This document shows, piece after piece, positions 9,455 to 17,976 of a stretch of 64,000 bases of DNA. Source of the DNA: a bacterium (GTDB taxonomy: Bacteria > JAAXHH01); NCBI GenBank assembly GCA_965202605.1, contig OZ241838.1, forward strand, positions 905,431 through 969,430, written 5' to 3'. The position numbers and the translations under genes were made by a program. The number at the start of each line of letters is the position of its first letter. Position 1 is the first letter of the stretch. A model generated the notes under the pieces. That model did no database searches, had not been told where the DNA came from, and was given only the letters and a program-made list of their open reading frames with translations.

Positions 9455-11097
9455 CGGACGAAAAGGTGCGCAGGAAGGATTGTCCATCTGAACTCAGTTG
9501 CTCGATGTACGCCGATGGCGAACTGTCCGGGGCCGAAGCACTCGAGTTCGAAGATCATCTGAACCGCTGCCCGTGGTGCCGGGATCTTGTGCGTGCGTTG
9601 AAAATGGAGCGGGATGCGCTCGTTGGAGCATTTGGAAACACCGAAGCCTTCCTGGCCGAAACGAATCCGGCCCATGCTCCTTCTCCAATCCATGCATTGA
9701 TATTGATGGGACTGGTCACGGTAGTCGCAGCTCTGCTGAGGTTGAATTTCGACTCGATTATGGGCCTGGAGCTACCCTGGGGCATAGAATGGCTCAGCCC
9801 GTTGCGCGTCACCGGACAGTTGTCTCTGATATTCAGTTCAGGGTTTTATTTCATCCAGGAAGGGGGCTCGATCATGGAATCACTGGTCAGCTATGCGGGT
9901 GTCGCCGCGCTAGCCATCATGTTGCTGTGTACTGTATTCGTCCTGGTACGAAGATCACCGGGGGTTTCGAAGTTGCTCGTATGCCTGGCCCTGACAGCGG
10001 GGTTGTCCGCTCCGGCGGAGGCCATCGAAACACGCTCCACCGGAAATGTCTCCATTGAAGCAGACGAGATCATTGACGACACGCTCATTGTCTTCGGCCG
10101 CACGGCCAGAATCGACGGCGTGGTGACCGGTGACCTGATCGTGTTCGCCCAGTCGATCGAAATCGCGGGTTCGGTCCACGGAGATGTCTTTTCTTTTGGA
10201 AGGAACGTCGAAATAGAGGGTGAGGTGGGCGGCGGGATCGCAGGGTTCGGACAGGTGATTCGCATCGGAGATTCCGTCGGTCAGAGCATCTATGGGTTCG
10301 GCCAGTCGATTCTCTCCAGACGGGACGCTTCGATCGGGGGAGATTTCTTTGCATTCGGAGACGATATCAACGTGGGCGGGTCGGTCGGCCGAAACGTGAT
10401 GGCGTTCGGCAACACCCTTACGGTAACGGGCGAGGTGAAGCGGGACGTTACTTTCTCGGGTAACCTGGCGGCCGTTCATTCGTCTGCGTCGATCGGTGGG
10501 AATCTCGACGTCGACCTGACGAACGCGGAAAACCTGCAAACGGATTCCACCGCGTCTGTAGCCGGCGAAACGATCGTCGAGTTACCGGAAGCGGACCGGG
10601 ACGAGGAAGATCCGCTGTCGGTCTGGACGTTCGTGCGCATGGCCCTGTGGCTGGCCGCGGCGTTCATATCGGGCATGCTGCTGCTCTGGGCGCTTCCGTC
10701 GCTGCGGCGCATGCCGCTGGACGACCTGCGCGCCATGCTACAGTCCGCGGGGGTCGGGTTCCTGGTGCTCATAGCGATGCCGGTTGCCGCGGTGCTGCTC
10801 TGCGTGACGCTCATCGGCCTGCCGGCCGGACTCGTGATGGCCGCCGTCTGGGCGTTGGGGCTGTACGTGTCCAAGATTGTCGTGGCGCACTTCCTGGGTA
10901 ACGCGTTGCTGCGACCGAAACAGCAGGATACGGGTTCCATGGCGCTGCCGTTGATCGTCGGGCTGGTACTGGTACTGATCGCCGTGAGCCTGCCCTATGT
11001 CGGTTGGATCGTCAACCTGCTCCTGGTCATCATCGGCCTGGGTGCGATTGGACTGGTCCTCTTCAGGTCCGCCAGGAGCCGTATGGCCGCGGCCTGA
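9451..11097 (+). CDS. Anti-sigma factor: zf-HC2/ZAS domain + TM segments + polymer-forming (bactofilin-like) beta-helix repeats + C-terminal multi-TM domain
   Basis: YADGEL...HLNRCPWC (HxxxCxxC), repeated IxGxVxGD/N units, and several hydrophobic C-terminal helices. ATGA overlap with the sigma gene. Confidence 0.8.
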   Translation: MTDEKVRRKDCPSELSCSMYADGELSGAEALEFEDHLNRCPWCRDLVRALKMERDALVGAFGNTEAFLAETNPAHAPSPIHALILMGLVTVVAALLRLNFDSIMGLELPWGIEWLSPLRVTGQLSLIFSSGFYFIQEGGSIMESLVSYAGVAALAIMLLCTVFVLVRRSPGVSKLLVCLALTAGLSAPAEAIETRSTGNVSIEADEIIDDTLIVFGRTARIDGVVTGDLIVFAQSIEIAGSVHGDVFSFGRNVEIEGEVGGGIAGFGQVIRIGDSVGQSIYGFGQSILSRRDASIGGDFFAFGDDINVGGSVGRNVMAFGNTLTVTGEVKRDVTFSGNLAAVHSSASIGGNLDVDLTNAENLQTDSTASVAGETIVELPEADRDEEDPLSVWTFVRMALWLAAAFISGMLLLWALPSLRRMPLDDLRAMLQSAGVGFLVLIAMPVAAVLLCVTLIGLPAGLVMAAVWALGLYVSKIVVAHFLGNALLRPKQQDTGSMALPLIVGLVLVLIAVSLPYVGWIVNLLLVIIGLGAIGLVLFRSARSRMAAA

Positions 11098-11126
11098 TGC
11101 GCCGATTCCCCGGTTTACCAGCGGCA

Positions 11127-11243
11127 CCATGCCGGCCGGACCGGCCCGACCGGCATGGCCTGACGTGGTCAGCCCGAGCAAGATACAAGAAGGGACGTTA
11201 CAGGTCGGTAACCGCGCGAGTCGGCATTGCGGCGCGCGCGGTT
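11127..11243. terminator. Two GC-rich hairpins between convergent genes (possible terminators)
   Basis: ccatgccgg/ccggcatgg (11127-11158) and aaccgcgcg/cgcgcggtt (11210-11243). Confidence 0.4.
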
Positions 11244-11257
11244 TCACGGGCATGTGC

Positions 11258-11898
11258 TCAGGAAGCGTCGTAGCCCGCCCAGAAGGCCCCGCCCCATTCG
11301 CTGCCGGCATCATCCCAGTCATCACGCCATGTACAGAGCCGGTTTCTCAGGCTGCGTAACTGGTCCTCGTAGGATGCGAACCCGGCCAGATCATGACGTT
11401 CCCAGGGGTCCTGTGACAGGTCGAACAACTGCGTGGTGCGGCGTCCGGACACTGTGGAAGCGTGCCGTCGTACCGGCCTTCCGGGTCGTAGTCGAAGACC
11501 GGCACGTTCCAGTGGTCGTCCATGCCCCCGAAGAAGATCTCGGCGCCATCAGAAAAACTGCGGGCGAACGACGAGGCGCCGTTATGCCATTTGCCCGTAC
11601 CCCAGGTGCGGTAGCCGCGGGACCCCAGGTATTCCCCGATCGTCACGTGTTCCGGAGGAATGTCCGCGCCGGCTCCGTCGAGGTGAAACAGGGTCCGCCC
11701 CGTGTGCAGCATCGCCCGGCTGGGCATGCATACCGCCGAGGTGCCCCCGGGTATGTGTGCGTGCGTAAACGCGGTGCCCCGGGACACCAGCCGGTCCAGC
11801 GACGGCGTATGCACGCATGGGTTGCCGAGTGCCCCTATCGTGTCGAAGCGCTGGTCGTCGGTGAAAAGGAACAGGACGTTTGGCGGTTTGCGAGACAA
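11258..11898 (-). pseudogene. Sulfatase (formylglycine-type) with an internal deletion and frameshift
   Basis: N-terminal part from TTG 11898 (GGAGG RBS): [27 protein letters not shown]. It joins near 11440-11450, in another frame, to a sulfatase C-terminus ([17 protein letters not shown]...). The central region is missing. Confidence 0.8.
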
Positions 11899-12191
11899 GA
11901 TGTTCCTCCCTCCCCGAAGCATCATCTCAAAATACCTGAACCCGGGAAAGATGCTCGAGGAAGATGTGATGAATGATTGAGCCTGGGCAGCGCCGTCGGG
12001 TAAACCGCCAATAAACCCGGCGCTGCCCGGCCAAGTCAAGACCGTTGGCGCCCGGCGCGGCAAACGGGGTTTGCACTACCAGCGCTTCGAACACGCCGCT
12101 ATATTGTAGGCTCGCACGTGCTTGAAATCGGTTCGCGGGTAGTCTAACGCGCTCGCCTGTCCGCCGCCGCGGGTTCTCACCAGAAAGCGGG

Positions 12192-12923
12192 TTGCCCATC
12201 AAAGGCGTCAAACTCTACCAGATTCGCGTGGACGACTTGGAGGTGGACGTCTACAGGAAGCGGATCAGGCACCTGTACCTCAGGGTGGGGCCTCCCGACG
12301 GGCGCGTCCGGGTTTCGGCCCCGTTCCACCTGGCCGATGAAGCGATCCGGAAGACCGTGGTCAAGCGGATGCCGTGGATCCGGCGGCAACAGGAAAAGCA
12401 ACGCAGCCGCGGTCCTGAACCCGACTACCAACTCGTTTCCGGTGAACGGCATTATGTAGAGGGAGTGAGCGTCCCGCTCAATGTCACGATCTATGACGGC
12501 CCGCCCGCCGTCTACCTGCTGGGCGGATCTACCCTCGAGATGCGGGTCCGTCCCGACACCGGCCTGCCTGAGCGCAGGGCCCTGCTCGCCAGGTGGTATC
12601 GCGATCGCCTGAAGTCCCTGGTGCCCGCGATGATCGCTGCCTGGGAGCCGGTAATGGGGGTCAGGGTAGCGGAATGGCGCATCCGGAAGATGAAGACCCG
12701 CTGGGGCACCTGCAACTGCCGGGCCGCCCGGATCTGGTTGAACCTGGAACTGGCCAAGAAACCCGTCCGGTGCCTCGAGTACGTGATCGTCCACGAGATG
12801 GCGCACCTGATCGAGCCTTCACACAACCGGCGGTTCTGGGGCATCCTCGACAAACTGATGCCGGACTGGCGGACGTACCGGGAAGAACTGAACCGGTTCC
12901 CGGATACGGATCTTGCCAGGTGA
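12192..12923 (+). CDS. YgjP/DUF45 family zinc metalloprotease-like protein (M48/SprT-like)
   Basis: MKTRWGTC, LEYVIVHEMAHLIEPSHNRRFW motifs. Start uncertain (TTG). Confidence 0.85.
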   Translation: MPIKGVKLYQIRVDDLEVDVYRKRIRHLYLRVGPPDGRVRVSAPFHLADEAIRKTVVKRMPWIRRQQEKQRSRGPEPDYQLVSGERHYVEGVSVPLNVTIYDGPPAVYLLGGSTLEMRVRPDTGLPERRALLARWYRDRLKSLVPAMIAAWEPVMGVRVAEWRIRKMKTRWGTCNCRAARIWLNLELAKKPVRCLEYVIVHEMAHLIEPSHNRRFWGILDKLMPDWRTYREELNRFPDTDLAR

Positions 12924-13161
12924 ATATGGTTCAGCCCGCGTTTCCCGCCTGCCTGATCTTCCCCAGAATTACCTTGTGCACCGATACCTTACCGCCTATT
13001 TTCTGACCGGCGTTCCAGGTCGGCCGCCAAGCCGCCGCAGCGCGTCTTCTCGGTCGCCGGCAGGTGTTACGCATGGCCTGGCTCGCGGAGCGCGGTCCAT
13101 GACCCGGTTCGCGGAACGCGGTCTGGTTTTTCGTTGAATCATGTAGTAACAGGTGGGTCGC

Positions 13162-16100
13162 ATGAAGTTCAAGCCCTTCGACGGAAAGATGGAATACCCC
13201 GCCATGGAAGAGCGCATTCTCGCGTGGTGGGCGGAACATCGAATCTTCGATAAACTGCGGACGCAATTGGCGGATAGCCCGGTCTGGTCCTTCATAGACG
13301 GTCCGATCACCGCGAATAACGCCATGGGCGTCCACCATGCCTGGGGCCGCACCTACAAGGACATGTACTGCCGCTACAAGGCCATGAAGGGGTTCAACCA
13401 GCGGTGGCAGAACGGGTTCGACTGCCAGGGCCTCTGGGTGGAAGTCGAGGTGGAGCGGGCGTTGGGCTTCGATTCCAAACGGGATATAGAGTCCTTCGGT
13501 CTGGCCGGGTTCTCCAGGGCCTGCCGCGCCCGGGTCGATGAATACGCGGAGCGGATCACGCGGCAGTCCATCCGCATGGGCCACTGGATGCAGTGGTACC
13601 ATGACGACGGTCATCCGGCCTCCTATTACACGCTGGACGACAACAACATCGAACACATCTGGCATTTTCTCAAGGCCTGCGACACCAGGAAATGGCTCTA
13701 CCGCGGTTACCGTTCCATGCCCTGGTGCTGGCGTTGCGGTACCAGCCTGAGTCAGCACGAGCTGGTGGATTCGTACCAGGAGCAGACTGATCCGTCCTGC
13801 TTCTTCCGCTGCCGCGTCGGGGGCCGCGAAGACGAGTACTTCCTGGTCTGGACGACCACGCCGTGGACCCTCACCGCCAATACGGCCCTGGCGCTGCATC
13901 CCGAGGCCGAATACGCGAAGGCGAACCTGGACGGCGAATACTACTACCTGATGAAAACGCTTGTCGAGACCGTCCTGCCGCCGGAAGCGGAAGTAGTCGA
14001 GACGGTGAAGGGAGAAGACCTGATCGGGCTGCCGTTCCATGGTCCCCTGGAAGATCTCCCTGCGCAGCGAGAGGTCAACCGGACCACGGTGGCGTGGGAC
14101 ATGGTTTCGGACGAGGAAGGCACGGGGATCGTCCATATCGCGCCGGGTTGTGGATCGGAGGACTATCAACTCGGCCGGGAACTGGGTCTGGATGTCATCG
14201 TTCCGATCGACGAAAACGGCTATTTCACGGCCGATACCGGTCCGCTCGCCGCCACCCACGTCCGGGAATCGGCCGAAGGAGTCAGGCGGGAACTGGAATC
14301 CCGGGGCGTGCTGTTCCGCTGGGAAGACTACACGCACCGTTATCCCTTCTGCTGGCGTTGCAAGACACCGCTGGTCTTCCGCCTGGCCGACGAGTGGTTC
14401 ATTTCCGCCGACGAGATCAGGGCACCGATGAAGCAGGCCGCCGGCACGGTCCGGTGGGTGCCCGAATACAGCGGACTCCTGATGCAGGACTGGCTGGACA
14501 ACATGGGGGACTGGTGCATATCGCGCCGCCGTTTCTGGGGGCTGCCCCTGCCCTTCTACTGTTGCGGGAACTGCAATCACGTGAACGTTGTGGGCAGCAC
14601 GGCCGAACTGCGTGAGCGGGCGGTGAATCCCGCGCTCGTCGACGATCTGCCCGAACTCCACCGGCCCTGGATCGATGAGATCGAGATCACCTGCGAGCGC
14701 TGCGGCGAGGCCGTCAGCAGGGTGACCGAAGTGGGCGACTGCTGGCTCGATGCGGGGATCGTACCCTTTTCGACCTTGAACTATCTGCCGGAACACCGCG
14801 GCATCGAAGGCACGGTCCGTTCGGAACGCGGGCCGGAGGCCGAGCGGGACAAGGCGGGGATTGCGCTCAGCGGCGCGGATTCCACCTGGGAATCCTGGTT
14901 TCCCGCGGACTGGATCACGGAAATGCGGGAACAGATCAGACTGTGGTTCTATTCCCAGTTGTTCATGTCGGTGACCCTCTACGACCGGACCCCGTTCAAG
15001 GCGGTTCTCACCTACGAGGAGATGCGGGACGAGAACGGCGAACCCTTCAGCAAGAGCGGCGACAACGCCATCGCCGTGGAGGACGCCACCGCACGCATGG
15101 GGGCCGACGTGATGCGATGGCAGTACGCCGGCGCGCCGCTGAACATGGTCTTCCGGTTCGGCTACGGCCCGGCCGAGGAAGTAACACGGAAAATGCTGAG
15201 GCTGTGGAACGTCTACGCCTTCTTCGTGACCTACGCCAACCTGCCTGACTGTCCGCCCATCGCCCCATCCGCTTCTGTTTCGGGCCGCAGTGAACTCGAC
15301 CTGTGGGTACTCTCCCGGCTCCATCAGTTGATCCGGCATTGCAACGACAGACTGGACCACTTCGATTCGGCGTCCGTGGTCCGCGAAATCGAACGGTTCA
15401 TCGACGTGCTTTCCACCTGGTACGTCCGACGGAGCAGGCGCAGGTTCTGGAAGAGCGGGGACGATGCGGACAAGCAGTCGGCCATCCAGACACTCTACGA
15501 AGTTCTGGTGACGACGAGCAGGCTGATCGCGCCCATACTGCCCTTCTCCGCGGAAGAACTCTACCAGAGCCTGGTCCCTCCCGTCGATCAATCAGCGCCG
15601 GAAAGCGTCCATCTCTGCCCTTACCCGGAGGTCTCCGAAGATCTGATCGACCAGGAGCTCATGGACGACATGGAAGATCTTATGCAGGTGATCGAACTGG
15701 GCCGTGCCGTACGTAACGAAGCCCGGATGAAGGTCCGCCAGCCCGCGTTGCGGCTGTTGGTGAAACCCGCCAGCGCCCGGCAAGGCGAGACCATCTCGCG
15801 GCTGCGGGGGCAGATCCTGGAAGAATTGAACGTGAAGAACCTGGCCCTGGTCGATAGCGAGGATGGCTTCCGCGGGTACGCGGTGAAGCCGGACTTCTCA
15901 AAATGGGGCCCCCGTTTCGGCAAGCAGTTGAACGCGGTTCGCCAGGCCCTGGAGGCCCTGGACGGCGACGAAACCGGCGCCCTCGTCGCGGGAGGCGGGT
16001 CGCTGTCGCTGGAAGTGGACGGAGAGCGGGTCGAATTGTCGCCGGACGAACTCGTTGTCGAGCGGGTGGACGCGGACGGGCTGGCCGTGATATCGGATTT

Positions 16101-16401
16101 TGGCTGCACCGTCGCCATCGACACGACGGTGACCCGCGATCTCCTGCTGGAAGGACTGATGCGGGATTTCGTCCGCCATGTGCAGAACCTGCGCAAAGAA
16201 GCGGACTTCAACGTGGACGACCGGATTACCCTGTTCTACGAAGCCGACGGCGACCTGGCCGAGGCCATAGACACCCACGCCGACTACATCAGGACCGAGA
16301 CGCTTTCAACGGATCTTCGCGACGAGCCCGTACCGGGGGATGTGCACGCCGGCGAACTCAAACTCGGGGGGCACGTCGCGCGCATCGGGGTGTTGAAGTA
16401 G
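13162..16401 (+). CDS. ileS: Isoleucine--tRNA ligase, type 2 (IleRS2)
   Basis: DGPITAN, GFDCQGL, WTTTPWTL, GTGIVHIAP, DWCISRRRFWG and MKVRQP, with an IleRS2-type C-terminus (VQNLRKEADFNVDDRI). Signature motifs are GVHH and PFSKS. Confidence 0.95.
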   Translation: MKFKPFDGKMEYPAMEERILAWWAEHRIFDKLRTQLADSPVWSFIDGPITANNAMGVHHAWGRTYKDMYCRYKAMKGFNQRWQNGFDCQGLWVEVEVERALGFDSKRDIESFGLAGFSRACRARVDEYAERITRQSIRMGHWMQWYHDDGHPASYYTLDDNNIEHIWHFLKACDTRKWLYRGYRSMPWCWRCGTSLSQHELVDSYQEQTDPSCFFRCRVGGREDEYFLVWTTTPWTLTANTALALHPEAEYAKANLDGEYYYLMKTLVETVLPPEAEVVETVKGEDLIGLPFHGPLEDLPAQREVNRTTVAWDMVSDEEGTGIVHIAPGCGSEDYQLGRELGLDVIVPIDENGYFTADTGPLAATHVRESAEGVRRELESRGVLFRWEDYTHRYPFCWRCKTPLVFRLADEWFISADEIRAPMKQAAGTVRWVPEYSGLLMQDWLDNMGDWCISRRRFWGLPLPFYCCGNCNHVNVVGSTAELRERAVNPALVDDLPELHRPWIDEIEITCERCGEAVSRVTEVGDCWLDAGIVPFSTLNYLPEHRGIEGTVRSERGPEAERDKAGIALSGADSTWESWFPADWITEMREQIRLWFYSQLFMSVTLYDRTPFKAVLTYEEMRDENGEPFSKSGDNAIAVEDATARMGADVMRWQYAGAPLNMVFRFGYGPAEEVTRKMLRLWNVYAFFVTYANLPDCPPIAPSASVSGRSELDLWVLSRLHQLIRHCNDRLDHFDSASVVREIERFIDVLSTWYVRRSRRRFWKSGDDADKQSAIQTLYEVLVTTSRLIAPILPFSAEELYQSLVPPVDQSAPESVHLCPYPEVSEDLIDQELMDDMEDLMQVIELGRAVRNEARMKVRQPALRLLVKPASARQGETISRLRGQILEELNVKNLALVDSEDGFRGYAVKPDFSKWGPRFGKQLNAVRQALEALDGDETGALVAGGGSLSLEVDGERVELSPDELVVERVDADGLAVISDFGCTVAIDTTVTRDLLLEGLMRDFVRHVQNLRKEADFNVDDRITLFYEADGDLAEAIDTHADYIRTETLSTDLRDEPVPGDVHAGELKLGGHVARIGVLK

Positions 16402-16495
16402 TTTCGGAGGCGGGATGCGGTCCGGACCGGCCCATCCGCCGAACCCTCACCTGGCCGGACCTCGACCCGTGAACAGCACGCAAAAGGACCAGCCG

Positions 16496-17911
16496 ATGCG
16501 ACGCACAAAAATCGTGTGCACCGTGGGTCCCGCGACCAGTTCGTCCGCGATGATCCGCCAGGTCCTCGAGGCCGGCGTAGACGTATTCCGCCTGAACTTC
16601 TCCCACGGCAGTCCGGACGACCATCGAAAATGCGTTCACCGTATACGATGCGCCGCGGCTGACGTCGGTAAACCCGTCGCCGTACTCCAGGACCTGCCCG
16701 GCCCCAAAGTCCGCATAGGGACATTCCTGAACGGCCCCGTACGTCTGGGCGTGGGCGAAGGATTCACCCTGACTACGGATCCGGTGTCCGGTGACCGGAC
16801 CCGGGTATCGGTGAATTACCCCCGTCTGCCCGACGAGGTACGGACGGGTCAGCGCCTTCTTCTGGCCGACGGCCTGGTCGAACTGCGCATCGAGGCGGTA
16901 GCGCCACCCGAAATACGTTGCAAGGTGCTTCTGGGCGGTCCGCTCTCCGATCACAAGGGCATCACGGTACCGCGCGGCGCGACGGGCATCGCCGCATTCA
17001 CGGAAAATGACCGGGCCCTGTTGCTGGACGGGCTCGACATGGGCGTGGACATGGCCGCCCTGTCCTTTGTCCGCAACAGGGAAGACGTGAGGAGCGCCCG
17101 AAAGCTGCTGGACAGCCGGGGTTCGGGCCTGCCCCTGATGGCCAAGATCGAAAAACCGGAGGCCGTGGATGCGCTTGACGACATCCTGCCGGCCGTGGAT
17201 GCGCTCATGGTCGCCCGTGGAGACCTGGGCGTGGAAATTCCCTACCAGGACGTCCCGCTGGTACAGAAAGACATCATAGCCAAAGCCCTGCAGGCCGCGC
17301 GGCCCGTGGTCACGGCCACGCAGATGCTGCGGTCCATGGTCGAGAGTCCCAGACCCACGCGGGCCGAGGCGGCCGATGTGGCCAATGCCGTCCTCGACGG
17401 GTCGGACGCGGTGATGCTTTCGGAGGAGAGCGCCACCGGCGCCTATCCAGTGGAAGCGGTGCGCGCGCTGGCGGCCATAGCGGAACAGGCCGAAGCAAGG
17501 TTGTTCCAGCGAACGTCGTTCGGTACCCGGGAGCGACGCGGAATACCCGGTGTCTCGGAGGCGCTCAGTCATGTCTCCTGCGTGCTGGCGCTGGAAGCCG
17601 GCGCCAAGGCCATTGTCTGCTGTACGCGATCCGGACACACCGCCCGGATGGCCGCGCGGCACCGAATCAGCGTTCCGATCATTGCGGTCAGTCCGGAGGA
17701 GTCGACCGTCCGGCGGCTCGCACTGGTCTGGGGGGTCAAACCGGTCCTCTGCGACGAGTTCGAAACGACGGACGGGATGATCCGTACGTCGCTCGACGCG
17801 GCTCGAACGGCCGGCGGTCTCGGTTCAGGCGATCACATCGTCGTCGTCGGCGGCTCGCCGTCGGCGGGCCCCGGCCACACGGACTTCCTTCGGGTTGCCG
17901 CCGTGCCCTAG
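16496..17911 (+). CDS. pyk: Pyruvate kinase
   Basis: RRTKIVCTVGPA, RLNFSHG, DLPGPKVR, MVARGDLGVE, TATQML and DAVMLSEESA. Confidence 0.95.
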   Translation: MRRTKIVCTVGPATSSSAMIRQVLEAGVDVFRLNFSHGSPDDHRKCVHRIRCAAADVGKPVAVLQDLPGPKVRIGTFLNGPVRLGVGEGFTLTTDPVSGDRTRVSVNYPRLPDEVRTGQRLLLADGLVELRIEAVAPPEIRCKVLLGGPLSDHKGITVPRGATGIAAFTENDRALLLDGLDMGVDMAALSFVRNREDVRSARKLLDSRGSGLPLMAKIEKPEAVDALDDILPAVDALMVARGDLGVEIPYQDVPLVQKDIIAKALQAARPVVTATQMLRSMVESPRPTRAEAADVANAVLDGSDAVMLSEESATGAYPVEAVRALAAIAEQAEARLFQRTSFGTRERRGIPGVSEALSHVSCVLALEAGAKAIVCCTRSGHTARMAARHRISVPIIAVSPEESTVRRLALVWGVKPVLCDEFETTDGMIRTSLDAARTAGGLGSGDHIVVVGGSPSAGPGHTDFLRVAAVP

Positions 17912-17976
17912 CCCGGCGCGGCTACCCAGAGCCTGGAAGGTACGATGGACTTGACGTTGAATGGCAGGGAGGCGCC

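Noticed and set aside
12192-12923. Restriction-modification or defence island marked by the YgjP-like protease
   Set aside because: Such genes often flank type I RM loci, but no hsd, nuclease or mobile genes occur nearby.
12924-13161. T-box riboswitch upstream of ileS
   Set aside because: No GGTGGNACCGCG T-box consensus or recognisable specifier stem; 'aggtgggtcg' is better read as the RBS.
12931-15591. 886-aa antisense ORF, and similar long shadow ORFs (1938-3566, 25078-26487, 53491-55263, 61202-62446)
   Set aside because: They lie opposite well-supported genes, carry no recognisable motifs, and are expected from codon bias in high-GC DNA.
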